DNA of 64,000 nucleotides from Podarcis pityusensis (lineage: Eukaryota), in assembly GCA_964106645.2 (NCBI GenBank), contig OZ067044.1. One strand, written 5' to 3'. Position 1 is the stretch's first letter; every line of letters starts with the position of its first letter. Position numbers and translations under genes: made by a program. The notes below the pieces were generated by a model. That model did no database searches, was not told the origin of the DNA, and worked only from the letters and a program-made list of their open reading frames with translations. Positions 12,852-22,911 of the stretch are shown here, in pieces.

Positions 12852-13193
12852 GTTGTTGTTGTTTAGTCGTTTAGTCATGTCTGACTCTTCATGACCCCAT
12901 GGACCTGAGCACGCCAGGCACTCCTGTCTTCCACTGCCTCCCGCAGTTTGGTCAAACTCATGCTGGTAGCTTCGAGAACACTGGCCAGCCATCTTGTCCT
13001 CTGTCATCCCCTTCTCCTTGTGCCCTCCATCTCTCTCAACACCAGGGTCTTTTCCAGGAAGTCTTCTCTTCTCATGAGGTGGCCAAAGTATTTATTCTTC
13101 TTTACAGCAAAGGAAAGTCCAATGCTGTAAAGAAAAAAATTTGCACAGGAACTTGGAATGTAAGATCCATGTACAATGGTAAGCTGGATGTGG
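12852..13193 (-). mobile_element. BovB (RTE-clade) LINE insertion: 3' end on the minus strand plus an inverted endonuclease-start fragment
   Basis: (CAA)n tail and BovB 3' end (KYFGHLMRREDFLEKTL-like) at 12852-13093. The plus-strand piece encodes KVQCCKE..CTGTWNVRSMYNGKLDVV. 12-bp TSD TCTCTTCCCTCT at 12840-12851 and 13194-13205. Confidence 0.82.
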
Positions 13194-13706
13194 TCTCTTC
13201 CCTCTAAATCTCACTTATTTCCTATCAAACTGCCACTAGTGCCAGTTCTATATAAGTCTTCCATCAAGTTTTGGTTCAGTCTCTTTTAGCACTAAGCATT
13301 CCAGTCCTCATCTCCCTGGTTTGGAAGCTTCAAACATTTTCACATAAATACACTGTCTCACGTGCAACCTTTTGATCTCTTAAAGCAGCTGCCACTTCTT
13401 TCAGTATGTTCGTTGCCAAGTTCTATCCTATCCTCACTTAGGCAACCTGAAACATTTACATCATCATCACTAATGGATGGGTTGACCACAATTGGATGAT
13501 TTCAACTTTATTCCAGCAGTTGGTTTAAAATCCTGTCAAAAGGAGGATGGTCATGCAATGTTTAAGCAACTCTGAAATTCCACAGTATCTAGGAAGCTAA
13601 AATTTTGCAAAGGTGGGAATTTGTGCATTCAAAACTAGGAAGCAGCATGTGTAATCCAGACCTAAATTCCCTTTAGACATGGTGATCATTTTACTGAACA
13701 ACTTTA

Positions 13707-13948
13707 CAGTGGTACCTCGGGTTACATACACTTCAGGTTACATATGCTTCAGTTTACAGACTCCGCCAACCCAGAAATATTACCTCAGGTTAAGAACTTT
13801 GCTTCAGAATGAGAACAGAAATAGTGCTCCGGCGGCATGGTGGCAGCAGGAGGCCCCATTAGCTAAAGTGGTGCTTCAGGTTAAGAACAGTTTCAGGTTA
13901 AGAACGGTCCTCCGGAACAAATTAAGTACTTAATCCAAGGTACCACTC
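13707..13948. mobile_element. Tc1/mariner-type MITE, family A copy 2
   Basis: TA|CAGTGGTACCTCGGGTTA ... CCAAGGTACCACTC|TA. Confidence 0.85.
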
Positions 13949-16043
13949 TAGTTTCATTTGTACTGCAAATAGTGTGACATTTTTGTTTCTGTTATCAGAG
14001 AACCAACGTGATCAATTTTCATATCTGTGAAGATTCTTTATATGCATTTATATTCCATCTCCAAATGGGGAGTTAGCAGCAGTACATACACTGTTTATCT
14101 GTCTGAAATAATAAATTTACTACGAAGAAGAAAGGGCTAGTGAGACAAGTACAGTTGGTAGCTATGTAATCTTTGCTGTCTTTTAATGATTTAGCAGTCC
14201 AAGCACATTGACTTCTACCCAAAAGGTGCCCTTGAATAAATATTCTCTGGGTGTTTTGTGAGCAATATAAAGATCAGAAAAGAAAATGGATCCTGTTGAT
14301 GAATGGTTTTGAAAATGGATATGATATTGCTAGGGAAAATTGGTGTCTGTGAATCCAGGAATCTCAGTTCAAGAATAGAAGGTATGCACTTATCTCCAGG
14401 CTGCACCAAAATAGTACACTATCTTTATGGTACATTGCTAAGAGTAAGACCCCTCCCTTTTTTATTTCTATTTCAATAGATGAACAGCTGACTGCAGTTT
14501 AGTTAAAATTTCCTAGCAGCAAATGCTTTGATGTCTATTGTAAGCCATAACTGAATATTTAAGATAGAAACCATGCATTCCTTTGGCCCTGCTTCCTCTT
14601 CTATAGAAATCTTATATTAATGGCGTGATGAATAGTGATTTTCTCAATTTGAAATACCTAGGGAGGACCCAAAAAGTTTTATATTACATTTTTTGAAGGG
14701 ATACCACATTATTAGAAACATTAGTCATATAATTTTAGTCAATTAATTAACAGACCAAACTATTAAATTTGCATGGCAGTTAAAAAAAAAGTTTTGAAGA
14801 ACAGACATTTGTTGTTTTTATATGATGAATACATATGTCATAGTAGGGACCAACTGAGAAGAGATAGTCCCTCCTATGTAAGGGGGAAAATACTTATCTT
14901 AATATAGTACTTGCCATCTGCAGTTTTTCTTCCCAGAGAGGTTGTGGAATTCTTGAACCTCTGAAGGAAGTTTTGGGTGGATGAAGTTGAACAAACAGAG
15001 GCTTAATTCAGACAAGTTTGGGGGAAGAAACTGGTTGGGGAAGACAGACTATTCTGGATGGAAGTTTGCAACAGGTCTTAAGACAGCATTGTCCTACGGA
15101 CTTCCAGGGTGGCGCCATCGGTAATGGTGGATTCCCTCTGACTTGGAGGGAACCAGCTCTGCGGAAATCGCTACGGCGAAGCGGGGACCCTTTAAAAATC
15201 ACAGGCGGTGAAGCCTGTGACCGTGGGACTCGGCGGGCACCTTTTGCGCCCCCCCCAACTTGCAAAGGAGTCCGATTACGGGTTCCGGAGCAGAGCAGGG
15301 AAGTGGCGCGGTGCTGTGAGTCAACTGCTTCTTCCGTGGAGCGAAGCCGCACAGCCGTTACCGGAGAGCGCTGCCTTTTTCCTGGGACAATTTGGCTGCA
15401 AAACAATGATCCGTGAGTAGGCTAATTTCGGAAACAAAGGAACTAAGAAATAATTTGGTACCGAAGCGGAGAGGCATAAACAGGAAGTCTGCCTTCCGTT
15501 CTTTGTAAATGGAGTAAAGCAATGAACTTGTAAGCGGAAACCTCGAAAGACGTTGGAAAACGATTATAATTCTAACATCAAATTAAGTGATTCCCCCCCC
15601 CCCTTGATTGCAGGGGAGGAGGGGGGGAAAGGTCTGAACTGTATTTCCCTGCAAAAAGAGAGAAAAAGAAGCTAAAATCCACCGCTCAAACCTGGGAATG
15701 GGTTGCCAGTGAACAGTTAGAATGCCGTATTGTGAAATGCGCTGCTGCTGAAAGTACTTTGTGACAGTTAACTCTGCATCTGAGATACAAGTAAGATACA
15801 ATATTTCTGGCTGGCTTCTCCTGGTTTTAAAGTAACTGTAAACAATTGAGATTGAAACTGTCGCCCTTTTTGTGAATTGGGGGGCTAAAGGAAAAAGGTT
15901 AATTACTCTAAGACTTTTTGACTGCTACTGTGTCCCCCTAGAGGAAGTTTGAAATTGTTACAATAGCAGCTGGGCCAGGGGAATTTTCCACTTCAAAACA
16001 AATTCTGATCGTGAGACTGACCTTGGGTTTTATCTCGAGTGTT

Positions 16044-17137
16044 ATGGCAGATGGAAAGGAGAAGATAGATTTGTTACAGGAAAAAACAACGAGGTCTGGC
16101 AGACTATTTTGCACAGACGGTGGGCTGCAGCGAAGAGCATCGACATCTGGCCCTTCTGGATTACCAACAGTAGTCTCATCGGCACAACCTAAACCCAAAG
16201 GAATGGCAGCTGAAGATGCTTTGGCTCAGGCACTAGGTAAAATCAACGAATCTTTGGAAAGAATAAGTAAACAAGTAGCCGAAGCATCGGGCAAAATTGA
16301 CCAAAACACTACAAGTATTAATAATCTGGGGCAGAAGGTAAATACCAACACAGAAACTATTCAGAAATTACTACAGGAATCTACCTCGACACAAAAGACA
16401 GCTGAAGAGGCAAAGGAAATAGCAACTGCTACAGCAACTGCTGTAGAAGAGAAGATACCACCGATACACAAACAACTTGAAGACCACAGGTCAATATTGT
16501 CTATGATTGAGTTGAAGGAGAAGCAAACGAATTTAAGGATCAGGGCCATACCTGAACTTGAGAAAGACAACTTGACTGATTTTCTTACGCAGGAATTTGC
16601 AGACTTTTGGAACCCAGATTTGGAGAAGGATAACTTCAAGATAGTGAGTGCCTTCAGGCTTGGAAGAGGAGGGAAGAAGAACAGGGTGAGAGACTGTTTG
16701 ATCACCCTCCGAACAAAAGAGGAGAGAGACAAAATCTTGAGTCTGCACTTCCGGAAGACTTTGGAAATACACCAGTCAAAAGTGGAGATATTTAAGGACA
16801 TTCTGAAACATCTTTTGGACCTTAGGTCCAATTATAGAGATTTGGTTGCCCTGTTGAGAAGTAACGGAATCATCTTTAGGTGGGAATTCCCCCAAGGCCT
16901 ATCCTTTAGTTATAAAGGGAAGAAGATAAAAATAAGATCAGTGGACGACAAAGATAGATTTTGGAGAGACCATGGAGAAGACCTGCAGAAGGAAGCTGCA
17001 GAAGAGTTAAGAGCACTAGTAAGTGAAACTTTAGACATACCAAGTTTACCTCCTGAACTAAAAGACCGCCTGGAGAAGGTGATACCACCGACAGATCAGG
17101 ACAGGCACTGGGTGCAGTTGGAGGAGAAGCAAAGTAA
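16044..17137 (+). CDS. L1 ORF1p (coiled-coil plus RRM/CTD, transposase-22-like); C-terminus appears frameshifted into ORF2
   Basis: ATG at 16044 (MADGKEK), heptad-rich region, NLRIRAIPE motif, IFKD and FRWEFPQGLSF motifs typical of vertebrate L1 ORF1p. The presumed original stop TAA (17135-17137) is out of frame in this copy. Confidence 0.8.
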
Positions 17138-17144
17138 CTACATC

Positions 17145-20100
17145 ATGGCTCTGCAACTATTAAGCTGGAATTGTAATGGTTTGAACTCCCCTCAGAAAAG
17201 GAAATCTGTGTTTCATTTATTAAAAAAGGAACAATTGGACTTGATTTGTCTACAGGAAACACATGTAACAAGGCTACACAGGAAACTACTGATTAATAAA
17301 AGACTGGGTCAGGAGTTTATTTCATCGGACAAGGTTAAAAAAAGAGGGGTAGTGATTTATGCAAAGGAGAGACTATTACCGAAATTTATCTTCAAAGATG
17401 ACCAAGGAAGATTTGTGGCAATTGAAATTCAAACACAAGGAGAGAAATTTTTGATAGTAGGAGTTTATGCACCAAATGAGGGGAAATCTGAATTTTTTAA
17501 AAAGTTGCATGAGACCTTGATGGACTATTTGGATTATAATGTGATTTTGATGGGAGACATGAATGGAGTGGTATCTACACACATGGATAAGGCACAAAGA
17601 CACTAAGGACGGCAGATTACCGAAAACTTTTTTTGAGATGACAGACAACCTGGACTTAGTTGATATTTGGAGAACAAAGAATCCCTTGGCTAGAGAGGGA
17701 ACCTTCTTCTCTGAAGCCAAACTGACATGGACAAGAATTGACCAAATATGGGTAACTAGAGGAATGGCACCAAAGATAAGAAAAGTGGAAATCTGCCCAA
17801 AAACCTGCTCTGACCATAATGCTGTGAAGATGGAGATGAAGCTAACACCAACTGGTTCCTTCAGATGGAGGATGAATGACACCTTATTCAGAGATGAAGA
17901 AGTGTATAAAAAGGCCCAAAAAACCTTGAGAGACTATTTTGAGACAAATATGAACACCAATGTGGAAAAAAGAGTAATCTGGGACGCTAGCAAAGCTGTT
18001 ATGAGAGGGTTCTTGATACAACAGAATGCATTAAAGAAGAGAATTCAAAATGAGAAGGAGGATAAAATTTTGGAGAAAATAAAAGAAGGTGAAAAGAAAT
18101 TGAGAGCAAAACCTAAGTCGCAAGAGATTTTGAGAGAAATAAAATTATATCAAGTACAATATATGAAAATGATCAGTCAGGAGATAGAATGGAAAATTAA
18201 ACAAATGAGACAAAAAACATTTGAGTCGGCTAATAAATGTGGGAAATTGTTGGCTTGGCAAATGAAAAAAAGACAAAAATTAAATACAGTTACAAATCTA
18301 GAAGTGGAAGGAAGGAATATACAGAACCCAGCCGAGATTAGAAATTGTTTCCAGAGGTACTTCAAACAACTATATACACAAGGGCCACAGAAAGAAATTG
18401 ACGTAGACCGATTTTTGAAAACAAATGGATTACAAAAAATCTCTCAAGAAAATAAATTAATGTTGAACTATAAAATAACTGAACAGGAGAGAGAAGGTGC
18501 CATTCAGAATATGCAATTAGATAAATCTCCAGGACCGGATGGACTGACTTCTAGATACTACAGATCTTTAAAAGAATGGTTAGTACAACCTTTAAAAGAA
18601 GTCTGTAATGAAATAATGGATGGGAAAAGGGCACCAGAGTCGTGGAAAGAAGCGTATATTACACTTGTACCGAAAACAGAGACTGAAAAGACGCAGCTTA
18701 AGAACTACCGCCCCATATCACTGCTCAATGTGGATTACAAAATTTTTGCAGACATCTTGGCTAAAAGACTAAAAAGAGTGTTAGTGGAAGAGATACATAA
18801 AGACCAAGCAGGCTTTCTCCCGGGTAGACATCTATCTGATAATGTGAGAAACATAATTAATATTTTAGAAAAATTACAAGTGAATATAAATACTAAGGCA
18901 GTTTTAATATTTGTGGACGTGGAGAAAGCTTTTGACAACATTTCTTGGAGTTTTATGAAGAAGAACTTACAGGGTATGGGGGTAGGCCAAGGCTTTGAAA
19001 ACGGTATAAGTGCAATATATTCAGAACAAAAGGCTAAATTAATTGTAAATAATGTGGTGATGGAAGAATTTAAGATAGAAAAAGGGACACGACAAGGTTG
19101 CCCAATCTCCCCATTGCTGTTTATATCGGTCCTGGAGGTTTTGCTGAATATGATTAGAAGGGACCAGTTGGTTAAAGGTATACAAGTCGGAGCCAAACAG
19201 TACAAATTGAGAGCATTTGCAGATGACTTAGTATTGACGTTACAGGAGCCAGAATCTAGTACCAAAAGGGTTCTAGAACTGATTCAAGAATTTGGTCAGG
19301 TTGCAGGATTCAAACTGAATAAGTTAAAAACCAAGAAAAATTTAACACCAATTGAGAGAGAGAGGTTTCAGAATGAGACAGGCTTAACAGTGGTTAAGAA
19401 AGTGGAATACCTGGGGATTAACATGACAGCAAAAAATGGGAATTTATTTAAAGACAACTATGAAAAATGCTGGGCTGAAGTGAAAAAAGATTTAGAAATT
19501 TGGTCAAATTTGAAGCTTTCATTGCTGGGTCGTATTGCTGCGATAAAAATGAATGTACTGCCTAGAATGTTGTTTTTGTTTCAAACATTGCAAATTGTGG
19601 ACAAAATGGACTGTTTCAAGAAGTGGCAGAGAGATATTTCTAGATTTGTCTGGCAGGGCAAGAAGCCTAGAATAAAATTTAAAATACTAACAGATGCAAA
19701 GGAAAGAGGTGGATTTGCCCTGCCAGACTTATGAATCAGCAGCTTTTTGCTGGTTGAAAGAATGGCTGCTTCTTGAAAACACAGACATTTTGGATTTAGA
19801 AGGTTTTAACAATGTATTTGGATGGCATGCATATTTGTGGTATGATAAGGTCAAAGCACATAAAGCATTTAAAAACCATATTGTCAGGAAAGCATTGTTT
19901 AATGTTTGGATAAGATATAAGGACTTATTGGAAAACAAAACCCCAAGGTGGCTGTCACCGATGGAAGCGAAAGCTCAGAAAAAGCTCAATATGGAGGCCA
20001 AATGGCCGAAATATTGGGAAATTTTGGAACAAGATGGAGATAGACTGAAACTGCAGAGCTTTGAGAAATTAAAAAACAAAGTGCGAGACTGGCTTCATTA

Positions 20101-20854
20101 TTATCAGATAATGGAGGCATATAATTTGGATAAGAAAATTGGCTTCCAGGTGGAGAAATCAAAATTAGAAACAGAACTGTTAGAACCCAAAACTAAGATT
20201 TTGTCAAAGATGTATAACTTGCTGTTGAAATGGAATACTCAGGATGAAACGGTGAAATCAGCTATGATTAAATGGGCACAAGATGTTGGACATAACATAA
20301 TGATGGCTGACTGGGAACAGTTATGGACCACAGGTATGAAGTTTACGGCATGCAATGCCTTAAGAGAGAATATTATGAAAATGATATACAGGTGGTACAT
20401 GACCCCAGTCAAGCTTGGAAAAATTTATCATTTGCCCAATAACAAATGTTGGAAATGTAAAGAAACTGAAGGTACATTCTTTCACCTTTGGTGGACGTGC
20501 CCAAGGATTAAGGCTTTCTGGGAGATGATATATAATGAATTGAAAAAGGTATTTAAATATACCTTCCTGAAGAAACCAGAGGCCTTTCTCCTGGGCATGG
20601 TCGGCCAATTGGTGCTAAAGAAGGACAGAACTTTCTTTATGTATGCCACAACAGCAGCAAGAATACTTATTGCAAAGTATTGGAAGACACAAGATCTACC
20701 CACTCTGGAAGAATGGCAGATGAAGGTGATGGACTACATGGAACTGGCGGAAATGACTGGCAGAATCCGAGACCAGGGAGAAGAGTCGGTGGAAGAAGAT
20801 TGGAAGAAATTTAAAGACTATCTACAGAAATATTGCAAAATTAATGAATGTTAG
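17145..20854 (+). pseudogene. L1 ORF2 (APE endonuclease, reverse transcriptase, CCHC zinc knuckle), broken by two frameshifts
   Basis: EN motifs SWNCNGLN, LQETH, VYAPN, GDMN, RIDQIW, SDH; RT motifs KSPGPDG, YRPISLLN, GTRQGCPISPLLF, AFADD; CWKC-x8-H-x4-C. Frame changes at ~17600 and ~19730. Confidence 0.93.
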
Positions 20855-21215
20855 AATGATGTTAGAATGAAGTTAGGTGGTTTAAGCAGTAATGCTATAA
20901 AGGTGTATGTAAAAAAGGATTGATAACAGGTGAAAATTTAAAGTCATAGTATATTAAGTTAAAGGATCATGAGAAAATAAAGAGGGAAAGAAATTGCTGA
21001 ATTAACTAATTGAACTGGAATACAAAAAAGGGAGGTATGAGGAGGTCAGGGAAACAAGGATATGAATGTAAGGCGTGGAAAAATTGATCTATTTTTTTTT
21101 TCTTTAAGTGTTTTTTATTCTTTTATTCTGTACTTTGTATTTTGTATTTCTCTTGTATTTTTATTCTTTTTTTATGAAATTTTAATAAATATCATTAAAA
21201 AAAAAAAAGACCTAC

Positions 21216-21350
21216 TACGCAGATTGGGAGTTCTACTGAAGTTGGCACTAACTGGGACAGCTCAAGTGGTAACGGTAATCAGGAGTGCTTTTTACCAACT
21301 CAGGCTAATGTCAACTGCATCCCCATCTGGAGAGGACAGGCCTTGCCTTA
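21216..21350 (+). mobile_element. Old L2 LINE fragment interrupted by the L1 (left half ~15030-15097)
   Basis: Translates RRLGVLLKLALTGTAQVVTVIRSAFYQLRL, resembling the L2 ORF2 pattern VRSLGVLLD..L...AQV..VARSAFYQLRL. The left flank encodes ILDG, which precedes that motif in L2. Confidence 0.6.
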
Positions 21351-21692
21351 CTAAGTAACTTATTTTATTACCTTGGAAATTGCACTGTGCAGTGCATTGA
21401 TGCCTAGGTAATGGAACTCCTAGAATTGGCATCTTGAATTAGAGTGCCTCATTCAGTCAACTCAGTGAAAACTGGTGTTTACCCCCATAAAAAGTTATCC
21501 CTTGACCCATGACTGTTTTGGAAAAGAACTGCTGGCTTTACAGAAAGTCTACTTATTGCTAGCTACTGGACATATGATGACATAGCTGGCCGCCTCAATT
21601 ATTTAGTGTGGAACAACCCTGTCATAGATCCTTTCAGGACCAAGGTCAATTTTGTGTGAGAAAATTCCCTGTACTCTAAAGTCATTCATATA

Positions 21693-21918
21693 CAGTTGTA
21701 CCTCGGGTTACAAACATCTTGGGTTACAGATTCCGCTAACTCAGAAGTAGTACCTCAGGTTAAGAACTTTACCTCAGGATGAGAACAGAAATTGCGTGCC
21801 GGTGGCATGGCGACAGCGGGAGGCCCCATTAGCTAAAGTGGTACCTCAGGTTAAGAACAGTTTCAGGTTAAGAACAGACCTCCAGAACGAATTAAGTTCA
21901 TAACCAGAGGTACCACTG
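21693..21918. mobile_element. Tc1/mariner-type MITE, family A copy 3
   Basis: TA|CAGTTGTACCTCGGGTTA ... TAACCAGAGGTACCACTG|TA. Confidence 0.85.
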
Positions 21919-22630
21919 TACTGAAAGGCTATATACTTTCAGTACACAACCTTTCTCCTGTTACTTGCTTATTCTGGGAGGCCTTGTGCCTTTATTTTTC
22001 TCTTGCAGGCTCTTCAAAGACCCATGGTGTAGAGTGCAACAGTATGGCTTGCTCCAGTTCATTCCAACCTTTGCAGACACCTTGGGGAATTGCTATTTCA
22101 GCTGGAGTATCACCAGCTAAATATCTCCATCTCATGATCCTTCATTTGTGGTTTTCAATCAAAACCTGTCTCTGATGGGAGAATTTTATATATGGGAATA
22201 TCACTGCTATTTGGAAGTACCATGGTTAGCCACAAAAAGCAGATAAAGGCTTTTCAACATTTGTGCTGTTCTTTGTTTGAAATGCTAAGATTTCATCTTC
22301 ATGGAATCATGGATTGTACATAATGACATGAAATTTCTCTTCCTGGAAACATTTTAGCTGCAATGTGTATGCGTATCAGAATTCATTTTGTCTTCAAATG
22401 AAATGTATTTACTTTGATAATATTGCCATTATTAGCATGGCTATAAATATATCAAAATTATGTGTGCATTATTATGCTTGTACCATACTCTTTCTCCAAG
22501 GCATTCAGGGTGGTATGGATATATGGGAAATTAATGGAAAGCCATATTTATCTTTCCCATTTCTTATTGTGATTATTAATGCAAGGCTATACAAGTAGAG
22601 TTCCTGACCTTGTCTCTATTAGTGCCTTAT

Positions 22631-22644
22631 CTGCCACCTGCTGG
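22631..22644 (-). promoter_or_regulatory. Candidate CTCF site (reverse orientation)
   Basis: Minus strand CCAGCAGGTGGCAG fits the core CCASYAGRKGGCRS. Confidence 0.45.
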
Positions 22645-22684
22645 CAGAATGGGGTACACAATATAAATTTGTTCCTCAAGAGTA

Positions 22685-22911
22685 CAGTGGTACCTCGGGT
22701 TACAGACGCTTCAGGTTACAGACTCCGCTAACCCAGAAATAGTGCTTCAGGTTAAGAACTTTGCTTCAGGATAAGAACAGAAATCGTGCTCCGGCGGCGC
22801 GGCAGCAGCAGGAGGCCTCCATTAGCTAAAGTGGTGCTTCAGGTTAAGAACAGCTTCAGGTTAAGAACGGACCTCCGGAACGAATTAAGTACTTAACCCG
22901 AGGTACCACTG
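22685..22911. mobile_element. Tc1/mariner-type MITE, family A copy 4
   Basis: Perfect TIR TA|CAGTGGTACCTCGGGTTA ... TAACCCGAGGTACCACTG|TA. Confidence 0.9.

Larger units (their letters stand above)
15098..21208 (+). mobile_element. Near full-length L1-clade LINE (~6.1 kb)
   Basis: CpG-rich 5'UTR starting GGACTTCC, ORF1, ORF2 (APE-RT-CCHC), 3'UTR with AATAAA (21184-21189) and poly(A) (21197-21208). TT|AAGA target. Imperfect TSD AAGACAGCATTGTCCTAC (15080-15097) vs AAGA-CCTAC (21207-21215). Confidence 0.95.

Noticed and set aside
15008-15406. 132-aa antisense ORF in the L1 5'UTR (possible ORF0 analogue)
   Set aside because: Starts at TTG, runs out of the element into flanking DNA, and GC-rich sequence readily gives open frames; no recognisable motif.
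16361-20703. Several long minus-strand ORFs over the L1
   Set aside because: Antisense shadows of the A-rich ORF1/ORF2 coding sequence.
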